NCBI GenBank assembly: GCA_964521905.1
Contig: CAZFUQ010000002.1
Span: 1 to 45,404 of the forward strand
Direction: 5' to 3'
Length of the DNA: 45,404 nt
Origin: an uncultured Cellulosimicrobium sp.
Lineage (GTDB): Bacteria; Actinomycetota; Actinomycetes; Actinomycetales; Cellulomonadaceae
Part shown: in pieces, positions 11,085 to 18,485 of the stretch
Layout of the letters: each line of letters starts with the position of its first letter
How positions within the stretch are numbered: position 1 is the first letter of the stretch
Notes under the pieces: generated by a model
What the model saw: only the letters and a program-made list of their open reading frames with translations
What the model was told of the DNA's origin: nothing
Databases searched by the model: none
Program-made: the position numbers and the translations under genes

Positions 11085-11708
11085 TCAGACCGGGCGGACC
11101 GGCTGGCGCAGCACGGTGCGGAGCCTCGCCGGGTCGGTCCGGCGCACGTCGCCGAGGTAGATCTCGTGGTGCGGCCCGGCGAACGTGAGCCCGTGCTCGG
11201 GCAGGTAGACGTCGTGCAGCTCCGCGAGCACCGGGCCCTCGGCGTCGTACGGGCCCACGTGCAGCGTCTGGACGGAACGACCCTCGGTGATCGTCGTGCG
11301 CCGCACGCGGTCGAGGGCCGCCGGGGGGTCCTTCTTCGCGCGGACCACGGCCACGGCGTCGGCGACCAGGGCGTCGTCCACCTCGTCCGGCTGCAGGATC
11401 ACCAGCGTCCAGCGCCACGCGTCCTTCTCGCGGCGCACGAAGGCGCCCGGGTCGTCCGCCGTCCACAGCCCCTCGAGCGGCGCGACGACGTGGTCGTGCC
11501 CCGCGCGCTTCCTGGCGAACTTCACGGCGTACGAGAGCGCGAAGAGCGCCTCCACCGACTCCGCGTACGCGGGCGCGGTGTTCGGGTCGCCCTCGCCGTC
11601 GATCGCGAGGTACGTCAGGGGCGGGACGTCCACCTCGACGAACCGCCCCCGGGGCGGGGCGTAGAGCTCGCGGTACAGCACCTTGAGGTCGACCTTGTCC
11701 GAGGGCAC
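11085..11708 (-). CDS. GyrI-like small-molecule-binding domain protein
   Basis: DLKVLYRELY, YLAIDGEGDPN, PLEGLW, QTLHVGPYDAE, HHEIYLGD and RTVLRQP. Confidence 0.85.
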   Translation of the reverse strand: MPSDKVDLKVLYRELYAPPRGRFVEVDVPPLTYLAIDGEGDPNTAPAYAESVEALFALSYAVKFARKRAGHDHVVAPLEGLWTADDPGAFVRREKDAWRWTLVILQPDEVDDALVADAVAVVRAKKDPPAALDRVRRTTITEGRSVQTLHVGPYDAEGPVLAELHDVYLPEHGLTFAGPHHEIYLGDVRRTDPARLRTVLRQPVRPV

Positions 11709-11827
11709 GGCACGACGCTACCCGCCGATACCGACGGCGGACCGGCCGCCCTGCCCGGGCACGCCGCGGCACCCGGCAACCGTGGGCGGCGCTGGCGTGC
11801 CCGCCCCACGACTGGTATCCACACGGT

Positions 11828-12283
11828 GTGCACCGTTCGCCGTCTCCGTCCCCGCAGCAGGACCCCCGCGCCGGGTACCCGCCGGCCTCCCCTGCGCCGG
11901 GTCCTCCCTCACCCGGTCACCGGGGTCAGCCCCGACCCGCCTACCCGCCGCCCGGGCCCGCGGGCACGGGCCACCTCCCGCCCCCGGCGCTCCCGCCGGG
12001 AGCCTTCACGCGCTCGTACCGGACGGCGGCGTGGGTGCTGGTCTGGGTGCCCGCCGGCCTGCTGATCGCCGCGGCGGTGCTGGTCGTCGCCCTGGGCGTG
12101 CTCGCGAACAGCGACCCCGTGGGCAACGCGGCGGCAGGATACGGCGCGCTGTTCGTCGTGATGTCCATGGTCGTCGTCGTGCCCGTCCTGCTCGGCGCGT
12201 TCGTCCCCGGGTGCGTGATGCTCTCCCGGTCGAACCGTGCTCGCGCCCTCATGGAGGCCACGAGCCACCGCCCTCGCGCCTGA
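11828..12283 (+). CDS. Hypothetical membrane protein with a Pro-rich N-terminus and two TM helices
   Basis: Fills the gap between neighbouring genes, has two hydrophobic stretches and GC-rich third codon positions. Confidence 0.6.
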   Translation: MHRSPSPSPQQDPRAGYPPASPAPGPPSPGHRGQPRPAYPPPGPAGTGHLPPPALPPGAFTRSYRTAAWVLVWVPAGLLIAAAVLVVALGVLANSDPVGNAAAGYGALFVVMSMVVVVPVLLGAFVPGCVMLSRSNRARALMEATSHRPRA

Positions 12284-12320
12284 CGCATAGCCCGTCGCCA
12301 CGCCCCGAGCCCCGGTCCGC

Positions 12321-13298
12321 TCAGGCGCCTCGGCGCGCGAGGTCGTGCTCGACGGGCGCGTCGGAGCCCACCGGCATCACGTAGTCCACGACGGCGCGCA
12401 CGACCGCCGGGTCGCGCAGCAGACGGTGGTGGCCGAGCCCGTCGGTCGTCAGCAGCTCACCCTCCGGCCAGGTGGCGGCGAGCGCGGCGCCGACGGGGTA
12501 CGCGACCTCCTTGTCCGCGCGGTCGTGGACGACGAGCGCCGGCGGGACCGTGTGCGTGCGCAGGGTCTCGCGGACGTCGAGCTCGGACAGCGGGCGCCCC
12601 GCACGGTCGGAGAGCAGGCCGCGCAGGAGGTCGCGGGTCGGGCGCGAGAGCCGGAGCAGGTCGGCGAAGCCGTCCAGCTCGCCGAGCACGTCGGCGATCG
12701 CGGCCACGAGCACCAGGCGGCGTGCCGGGAGCCCGTCGCGCACCGCCAGCACCGTCGTCGCCGTACCCAGCGAGTGCGCGACGACGGCGGCCGGCTCCCC
12801 GTGCACGTCCACGACCTCGGCGAGCGCCTCGGCCATCTCCGGCATCGTGCTGCGGCGCGGTCCCAGCGCCCCGGGTCCGGAGCCGCCGTGGCTGGGCGCG
12901 TCGAACGCGACGACGCGGTAGCCCGCGGTGCGCAGCGGCTCCACGAACCCGCCGAGCTGGCCCCGCCAGCCGCCCCACCCGTGCACGAGGTAGACGACCC
13001 CGGCCGGGTCCGTCGTGGGCGTCCACGTCTCGACGACGACGCGCGCGCCGGCCGGCGTCGTCACCGTGGTGACCGCACCCGGGAGGGACCGCTCGTCACG
13101 ACGGCGGCCCGCGCCGTCGGGCGGGGTGCACCACAGCTCGAGGGCGAGACCCGCAGCACGCCGCGGTGAGAGGCGCTGGAGGACCGCCAGGCGTGCGCGG
13201 ACGAACGCGAGGCGCGCGGCGGCCCATCGTCGCCGGGCGGCCCGACGACGGGACTCCGCACGAACGGTCGTGCTTTTCTTGTCGTCTGCAGCGGTCAC
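12321..13298 (-). CDS. Alpha/beta-fold hydrolase
   Basis: LVHGWGG, FDAPSHG, nucleophile elbow AHSLG, VHDRADKEV and GLGHHRLL. Confidence 0.9.
   Translation of the reverse strand: MTAADDKKSTTVRAESRRRAARRRWAAARLAFVRARLAVLQRLSPRRAAGLALELWCTPPDGAGRRRDERSLPGAVTTVTTPAGARVVVETWTPTTDPAGVVYLVHGWGGWRGQLGGFVEPLRTAGYRVVAFDAPSHGGSGPGALGPRRSTMPEMAEALAEVVDVHGEPAAVVAHSLGTATTVLAVRDGLPARRLVLVAAIADVLGELDGFADLLRLSRPTRDLLRGLLSDRAGRPLSELDVRETLRTHTVPPALVVHDRADKEVAYPVGAALAATWPEGELLTTDGLGHHRLLRDPAVVRAVVDYVMPVGSDAPVEHDLARRGA
13262..13273. promoter_or_regulatory. Candidate TetR operator copy inside the 5' end of the hydrolase gene
   Basis: GAACGGTCGTGC is 11/12 identical to the palindrome GCACGGTCGTGC at 13973-13984. 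Confidence 0.45.
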
Positions 13299-13357
13299 GG
13301 GCGTTCCTCTCGGTGGGGATTCCTCGCGGGACGAGGTCGGGCGGTCGGGGTCGCGGG

Positions 13358-13960
13358 TCAGGAGGCCGGGACGGGGACGCGCACCGCGTCGAGCAGGGCC
13401 TCGAACGAGCGGCGCGCGCGCTCCTCGGCGCGCGGGTCGGCCATGAAGATGTGCGCGTGGTGCAGCGCCAGCATGACGCCGTAGAGCTCGGACGCGAACT
13501 GCTGCGGGTCGACGTCGTCCCGGAACCCGCTCTCGGCGACGCAGGTGCCGTAGACCTGGGCGACGGCGTCGTACAGGTCCTGGTGATCGCGGACGAGCTG
13601 CTCGCGCACCGGCCCCGCCTGCACGGCGAGCTCGGTCGCCGCCTTGACGAACAGGCAGCCGCCCGGGTTCTGCCGCAGGTCGCAGTCGACCCAGCCCTCG
13701 AACAGCCTCCGCAGGCGCGACTCGCCGCGCGGGGTGCGCAGCGCGGGCGCCATCACGGTGTCCACGAACTCCGACCGCGCCTGGTCGAGCACCGCGAGCT
13801 GGAGCGCCTCCTTGGACCGGAAGTGCGCGTACAGGCCGCTCTTCGACAGGTCCGTCGCCCGCGCGAGCTCACCGATCGTCAGCCCCGACAACCCGACGCG
13901 GTACGCGGCCTCCACGCCACGGTGCAGGATCGCCTGCCGCGTCTCGTCGCCCTTGCTCAT
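13358..13960 (-). CDS. TetR/AcrR family transcriptional regulator
   Basis: MSKGDETRQAIL...GLTIGELARATDLSKSGLYAHFRSKEAL HTH and GGCLF. The ATG at 13960 lies 6 nt after TACGTT (leaderless pattern). Confidence 0.93.
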   Translation of the reverse strand: MSKGDETRQAILHRGVEAAYRVGLSGLTIGELARATDLSKSGLYAHFRSKEALQLAVLDQARSEFVDTVMAPALRTPRGESRLRRLFEGWVDCDLRQNPGGCLFVKAATELAVQAGPVREQLVRDHQDLYDAVAQVYGTCVAESGFRDDVDPQQFASELYGVMLALHHAHIFMADPRAEERARRSFEALLDAVRVPVPAS

Positions 13961-13966
13961 CCGGCG

Positions 13967-13984
13967 AACGTAGCACGGTCGTGC
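13967..13984 (-). promoter_or_regulatory. tetR -10 element and adjacent palindromic operator
   Basis: Minus-strand TACGTT (13972-13967) abuts the palindrome GCACG-GT-CGTGC (13973-13984). Confidence 0.55.
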
Positions 13985-14039
13985 GGAAATCGGGAGGGCA
14001 TGCCGTCGAGACCGGTGCCGGTGCGCACGAGCCGCACAT

Positions 14040-14078
14040 GACGAGAGGCCCCGCTCCCGTGGAGCGAGGCCTCTCGTC
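14040..14078 (-). terminator. 18-bp hairpin, probably the original terminator of tRNA-Arg, now downstream of the displaced att fragment
   Basis: GACGAGAGGCCCCGCTCC-CGT-GGAGCGAGGCCTCTCGTC. The single mismatch becomes a G-U pair on the minus-strand RNA. Confidence 0.65.
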
Positions 14079-14083
14079 GTGCA

Positions 14084-14129
14084 GTGTGCGCCCGAAGGGA
14101 TTCGAACCCCCAACCTTCCTGTCCGTAGT
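14084..14129 (-). repeat. att site: displaced 3' half of tRNA-Arg(ACG), direct repeat of 15708-15753
   Basis: 43/46 identical to 15708-15753, with the first 35 bp exact. It covers the anticodon loop to the 3' end and has no 5' half. Confidence 0.92.
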
Positions 14130-14288
14130 GACGAGAAGACCTGGTGGCCCTGTTGAACAGGCCACCAGATCCTGAATCCGCTCCGCCCCCGTCCGCAGTG
14201 CCCAGCGGTATCCGCGTCAGTCCACGCAGACCGGTAACACATCCGGTCACACGGCGCCAGCTGGAGCCTTGGCAGCCACCAGGAGGAC

Positions 14289-14681
14289 TCAGCCCTGGAC
14301 GGAGCCCGACTTTCGGATCTCTTCCACGACCGCGTCCGCTACCGACTTGACCAGGGCGCGTGTATGACGGATGTACTCCTCGCGACTCATGACGATCACG
14401 TCATCGGACGCGCGCTCTTCTCGCAGTTCTGCAACGCGAGACTCTGCCTCGGCCGCGGCGTCAAGCTTCTCGAGAACCCAGCGGCGCATCAGCGCCGAAG
14501 GAGCCACGCCAGCCCCGTCAGCGATCTTGCGGAGTTCCGCGATTCGGTCCACGGGCAGGCGAAGCGAGTAGACCTGGCTGGGATCCTTCGCGACTCGACG
14601 GTTGCGAACGTAGTTGCCGGTGACGGACGGCAGAGACTCTGCCGCTTCCGCTTCTTGCGCTAGGACATCCTCGATGGACAT
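14289..14681 (-). CDS. Ribbon-helix-helix (CopG/BrnA-like) antitoxin
   Basis: AGGAGGTGA RBS precedes ATG 14681. SQVYSLRLP (beta strand) followed by RIAELRKIA...GVAPSALMRRWVLEKL (two helices). Confidence 0.7.
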   Translation of the reverse strand: MSIEDVLAQEAEAAESLPSVTGNYVRNRRVAKDPSQVYSLRLPVDRIAELRKIADGAGVAPSALMRRWVLEKLDAAAEAESRVAELREERASDDVIVMSREEYIRHTRALVKSVADAVVEEIRKSGSVQG

Positions 14682-14735
14682 GGGCTCACCTCCTGACAAA
14701 GTCGTGTATAGCCGCTGGTCGCGCTGGTTCGCCTC

Positions 14736-15056
14736 CTAGGCGTTCACGCCCCACCAGCTACCTGTCACAGCGACGGTCGATGCATCCTTCGGCAGGAGGA
14801 TGACGACAAAGACGCGGTTGACGGATCGACTCAGGCCTATGACCCTGATCGTCTCCCCCTTCCGACTCGCCGGGTCCGGCGCCAGAACAAGACGCTCCGG
14901 GTCGAACACAGCTTCGGTAGCCGACTCAGGCGTAACGCCTCGCTCACCTGGGTGGCGAGCGGAGCGCGTCTGGATGTACTGGCCGCGATGCAACCAGTCG
15001 ACATCCTCGATGACGATGTCCGCGGCCTCCATGCCGAGGAACCCGTCTGCTGTCAC
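14736..15056 (-). pseudogene. BrnT/RelE-like toxin gene, probably truncated by a premature amber codon
   Basis: VDW...RGVTPESATEAVFDP...IRVIGLS...VFVVIL...WWGVNA* resembles the BrnT fold. The frame continues EANQRDQRLY after the TAG, like the usual toxin C-terminal helix. Confidence 0.6.
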
Positions 15057-15073
15057 GTATTACAGCGTAATAC
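15057..15073 (-). promoter_or_regulatory. TA operon operator/promoter
   Basis: The perfect inverted repeat GTATTAC-AGC-GTAATAC abuts the GTG start. It overlaps minus-strand TACGCT (-10), which lies 7 nt before the GTG. Confidence 0.65.
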
Positions 15074-15123
15074 AATCTGGCGCCGCGCGGGAGGGTGTTA
15101 TCCGACACAGCACCCAGCACCTC

Positions 15124-15498
15124 CTAGGACGCCTTGAGCCCATCGGGCTGGGACGCGTCGCACCGGTGGTCGAGCGTCGCGGAGAAGGCGCCAACCGCGG
15201 TGGTCGACGTCGGGTTCTCGCTGTCGATGAGAGGCAGGACGCGTTCCATGACCTCGTCGTCACTGGCTCCGGCCGCGAGGGCGTCGCGCACCTCGCCACA
15301 GACCTCACGAGCCATGTCCTCGTACAGCGCGTGCAGCTCGGACTGCGAGAGCGGCGAGTCGTCGTTGGTCCAGCCAGCTCGCTCTAGCTCGGCGTAGTAC
15401 GGGTCTGACGGTGACGAGCACGCTGCGACGAGCAGCATGACCAGGAAGGTGACGGACGCCCGGCCGGCGGCTCTTTCCGCCTTCGTCGCATTCGGCAT
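15124..15498 (-). CDS. Small putative lipoprotein (island cargo)
   Basis: Hydrophobic FLVMLLVAA-C lipobox, and two further Cys (REVC, DHRC) that could form a disulfide. The 5' end abuts the integrase stub. Confidence 0.55.
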   Translation of the reverse strand: MPNATKAERAAGRASVTFLVMLLVAACSSPSDPYYAELERAGWTNDDSPLSQSELHALYEDMAREVCGEVRDALAAGASDDEVMERVLPLIDSENPTSTTAVGAFSATLDHRCDASQPDGLKAS

Positions 15499-15508
15499 GC
15501 CGTCATCA

Positions 15509-15670
15509 TCGTCGGTGAGCGTGACGGCCGACATCTGCACGCACATGTTCGACAGCGTGACGCAGGACATGTCCGCTCGGGCGGAGGCACTGGTTCCGGC
15601 ACCGAAACTGCGAGTCATCGAGGGCGGTGGTGGTCACACAGTGGGCGCACAACGCGCTGCAAACGACTAG
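15509..15670 (+). pseudogene. C-terminal remnant of a tyrosine integrase
   Basis: SSVSVTADICTHMFDSV matches the post-LGH box II pattern (S..T..IYTH), with Cys (TGC, 15536) at the expected catalytic Tyr. It ends convergently next to att/tRNA. Confidence 0.65.
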
Positions 15671-15703
15671 CGGCCTCACCCCGATGGAGTGAAGCCGCTG
15701 GTC
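15665..15703 (-). terminator. Element-supplied hairpin downstream of tRNA-Arg
   Basis: Minus strand GACCAGCGGCTTCACTCC-ATC-GGGGTGAGGCCGCTAGTC, a long stem with G-U pairs and one mismatch. Confidence 0.55.
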
Positions 15704-15710
15704 AAACGTG

Positions 15711-15783
15711 TGCGCCCGAAGGGATTCGAACCCCCAACCTTCTGATCCGTAGTCAGATGCTCTATCCGTTGAGCTACGGGCGC
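15711..15783 (-). tRNA. tRNA-Arg(ACG)
   Basis: GCGCCCGTAGCTCAACGGATAGAGCATCTGACTACGGATCAGAAGGTTGGGGGTTCGAATCCCTTCGGGCGCA, 73 nt, anticodon arm TCTGA-CTACGGA-TCAGA. CCA is not encoded. Confidence 0.97.
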
Positions 15784-15896
15784 CTGTCCTGCTGTCGGCC
15801 GACGATCTCTCACCGGCCGTCGGAAACATTACCGTGTCCCTGGCACGATCCCAAACCGGATCGCGCCCCGCGGGCCCGGAGGTGACGGACGACACG

Positions 15897-15949
15897 CCGT
15901 CCACCCCTCGCCGCACACGTGGTCCTGTTCCGTCCACCCCTGGTCGGAC
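15897..15949 (+). promoter_or_regulatory. Repeated candidate response-regulator sites upstream of the ABC pair
   Basis: CCGTCCACCCCT at 15897 and 15930 (33-bp period). The second copy forms the imperfect palindrome GTCCACCCCTGGTCGGAC. Confidence 0.35.
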
Positions 15950-16016
15950 CCCGGCGGGGGTGACGTCCCGTCCCGGGCCCGACGCGGTCGCCCGGGCCCC
16001 GGCGGACGATCGAGCC

Positions 16017-16796
16017 ATGACGTTCACCGCCCCCGCTCCCGCCCCCGGCGGCTCGCCCCTCGTCGCGAGCGCGCTCACGAAGGTCTACGGCTCCGCCCAG
16101 ACCACGACCCACGCCCTCGCCGGTGTGCACCTCACGGTCCACCCTGGCGAGTCCCTCGCGATCATGGGGCCGTCCGGCTCGGGCAAGACGACGCTCCTGC
16201 ACTGCCTCGCCGGCATCATCACCCCGACGTCGGGGTCGGTGTCGTGGCGCGGCGAGGACGTCACGACGCTGTCCGAGGCCCGCCGCACCGTCCTGCGCCG
16301 CCAGGACTTCGGCTTCGTGTTCCAGTCCGGCCAGCTCCTGCCCGAGCTCCCCGCCGTCGAGAACGCGGCGCTCCCCCTCATGCTCGCGGGCACCGCACGC
16401 ACCGAGGCCACGGCCGTCGCCGCCCGCTGGCTCGCACACCTCGGCCTCGCCGGGATGGAGCAGCGCCGTCCTGGCGAGCTCTCCGGCGGCCAGGCGCAGC
16501 GCGTCGCGATCGCCCGCGCCCTCGTCGGGTCGCCCGGCGTCGTCTTCGCCGACGAGCCGACGGGTGCTCTCGACCAGTCGACCGGGGCCGAGGTCCTCGA
16601 CGTCCTCACCCGGGCGACGCGCGACTCCGGCGCGGCGCTCGTCATCGTCACGCACGACGCCGGGGTCGCGCGCCACTGCTCGCGCACCGTGACGATGCGC
16701 GACGGGCACATCTCGGGCGAGTTCCTCGCGCCGGGCACCCCGGCGGCGGCCGCGCCGGTCGCGCACGCCGCGCAGAGTCAGGAGGGTGCGCGATGA
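16017..16796 (+). CDS. ABC transporter ATP-binding protein (LolD/MacB type)
   Basis: GPSGSGKTT, FGFVFQSGQL, LSGGQAQRV, FADEPTGALD and VTHD. Confidence 0.95.
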   Translation: MTFTAPAPAPGGSPLVASALTKVYGSAQTTTHALAGVHLTVHPGESLAIMGPSGSGKTTLLHCLAGIITPTSGSVSWRGEDVTTLSEARRTVLRRQDFGFVFQSGQLLPELPAVENAALPLMLAGTARTEATAVAARWLAHLGLAGMEQRRPGELSGGQAQRVAIARALVGSPGVVFADEPTGALDQSTGAEVLDVLTRATRDSGAALVIVTHDAGVARHCSRTVTMRDGHISGEFLAPGTPAAAAPVAHAAQSQEGAR

Positions 16797-18163
16797 GGAC
16801 CGTCGACCTCTGGTGGCTCCTGCGCCGACGCAGCGCCGACGAGCGCGACCCGCAGGGCCTGACGAACGTCCTCGCCGTCATCGCCTTCGCGGTGACCACG
16901 GCGATCCTGCTCGTCGTCCTGGGCGGCTCGCACGCGTTCCTCGAGCGGGCCGGCGGGATCGAGGGCGTGCGAGCGGGGCTGCGAGGGATCACTCCCTTCG
17001 ACACGCAGTACGTGTTCTTCGCCGGCATCGCCTCGCTCCTCCTGCTCATCCCCCTCGTCACGCTCGGCGCGGCGGCGGCGCGCCTCGCCGTCGCCCGCCG
17101 TGACGCGCGGCTCGCGGCGCTGCGGCTCGCGGGCGCCACGACCGGTCAGGTCACGACCCTCACCGCGCTCGACGCCACGGCGCAGGCGGCGACCGGCGCC
17201 CTCGTCGGGCTCGTCGGCTACGGTGCGCTGCTCCCCCTGGTCGCGCAGCTGCGCTTCCAGGGCCGCACGTTCGGGCTCGGCGAGCTGTGGGTCGGGGTGC
17301 CGGCGCTCCTCGGCGCCGTCGTGCTCGTCGTGCTCGTCGCCCTCACGTCGGCGCTGGTCAGCCTGCGCCGCGTCGCGATCACGCCGCTCGGCGTGGCCGC
17401 GCGCGTGACGCCTCCCGGGCTCAAGGCCGTCCGCCTCCTCTCCATGGGAGCCGCGTTCGTCGCCATGATCGTCGCGACCAACGTCTCGTTCGGCTCGGAG
17501 GCCGTCGTGATCACCGTCCTCACGATCGTCCTGCTCGTCGGGTTCGCGACCGTGAACGTCGTCGGACCGTTCGTCATCTGGGTCGTCGGGAAGATGACGG
17601 CCGGCAGCGCGCGGCGCGTGCCGACGCTCCTCGCGGGCCGGCGGATCGTCGACAGCCCGAAGACCGCGTGGCGCTCCGTCGGGGGCATCGCCCTCGCGAC
17701 CTTCATCGCCGGCCTCACGAGCATCTTCGCGCTGATCGACCCCGGCACGGGCGGCAACCCGGAGGAGGCCCTCCTCATGACGGACCTCAAGACCGGTGGG
17801 TTCCTCACGCTCGCCATCGCAGGCGTCCTCGCGGCGGTGTCGACGGGCGTCATGCAGGCCGGCCGCGTGATCGACCAGCGCGGCGAGTACCGCACCCTCG
17901 TGCTGTCCGGGACCGACCTGCGCACGCTCGACCAGGCACGGTTCCGCGAGACGCTCGTACCGCTCGTCGTGAGCGTCGGCGTCGCGACGTCCGCCGCGCT
18001 GCTGTTCATGGTCCCCGTCATCGGGCTCAACGCGTTCGCGAACACCGAGGTGGTCGTGCAGTTCCTGCTGTGCGTCGTGGCGGCGTCGTGCCTCGTGCTC
18101 GCCGGGGCCGGTGCCTCGCGGTTCGTCGTGCGCTCCGCGCTCGCGACCACGGGCACCGCGTAG
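16793..18163 (+). CDS. FtsX-like ABC transporter permease
   Basis: ATGA overlap with the ATPase, RRDARLAALRLAGAT motif and about 10 hydrophobic segments. Confidence 0.88.
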   Translation: MRTVDLWWLLRRRSADERDPQGLTNVLAVIAFAVTTAILLVVLGGSHAFLERAGGIEGVRAGLRGITPFDTQYVFFAGIASLLLLIPLVTLGAAAARLAVARRDARLAALRLAGATTGQVTTLTALDATAQAATGALVGLVGYGALLPLVAQLRFQGRTFGLGELWVGVPALLGAVVLVVLVALTSALVSLRRVAITPLGVAARVTPPGLKAVRLLSMGAAFVAMIVATNVSFGSEAVVITVLTIVLLVGFATVNVVGPFVIWVVGKMTAGSARRVPTLLAGRRIVDSPKTAWRSVGGIALATFIAGLTSIFALIDPGTGGNPEEALLMTDLKTGGFLTLAIAGVLAAVSTGVMQAGRVIDQRGEYRTLVLSGTDLRTLDQARFRETLVPLVVSVGVATSAALLFMVPVIGLNAFANTEVVVQFLLCVVAASCLVLAGAGASRFVVRSALATTGTA

Positions 18164-18178
18164 CCGTCCGCCCAAGAC

Positions 18179-18218
18179 GTCGGCGCCTCGTCGTGCCATG
18201 GCGCGACGAGGCGCCGAC
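18179..18218 (+). terminator. Long hairpin after the permease
   Basis: GTCGGCGCCTCGTCGTGCC-AT-GGCGCGACGAGGCGCCGAC, a near-perfect inverted repeat. Confidence 0.6.
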
Positions 18219-18263
18219 AGCATCTCGACGGGTGCGCGTCCTGGCAGCAGAAGTCCGGGCAGC

Positions 18264-18298
18264 AGAAAAGGCCCCGGGCGCTCGGCAGCCGGGACCTT
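18264..18298 (-). terminator. Intrinsic terminator of tRNA-Ser(GCT)
   Basis: Minus strand AAGGTCCCGG...CCGGGGCCTT followed by TTCT. Confidence 0.6.
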
Positions 18299-18304
18299 CC
18301 TGAG

Positions 18305-18393
18305 CGGAGACGGAGGGATTTGAACCCTCGAACGGATTGCTCCGTTACCACCTTAGCAGGGTGGCGCACTAGACCTGACTATGCGACGTCTCC
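18305..18393 (-). tRNA. tRNA-Ser(GCT)
   Basis: GGAGACG acceptor stem, anticodon arm CCACC-CTGCTAA-GGTGG, long variable arm and GGTTCAAATCC T-arm; 89 nt. Confidence 0.96.
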
Positions 18394-18485
18394 TCGCGGA
18401 CCGGTGAAGACCCGCGTCGCCCAGGGTACCGGCGGTGCCGCGCCAGACCAAACCGTGCCCGAGCCGTGCGGCGCGCGCCCCGCAC

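Larger units (their letters stand above)
14084..15753. mobile_element. Degenerate tRNA-Arg-integrated genomic island (~1.6 kb relic)
   Basis: Flanking att repeats, lower GC (spot counts 58-67% per 60-nt line versus 82% in a flanking line), a TA pair, a lipoprotein and an integrase C-terminal stub next to the tRNA. Confidence 0.88.

Noticed and set aside
14084..14129. Possible second tRNA-Arg gene
   Set aside because: Only the 3' half is present and the anticodon stem is altered, so it is an att fragment.
13961..14242. N-terminal extension of the TetR ORF (294-aa version)
   Set aside because: It runs through the att repeat and a terminator. The HTH starts right after ATG 13960, which has its own -10.
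18243..18267. GGCAGCAGAA direct repeat downstream of tRNA-Ser(GCT)
   Set aside because: There are only two 10-bp copies, one overlapping the terminator tail, with no supporting context.
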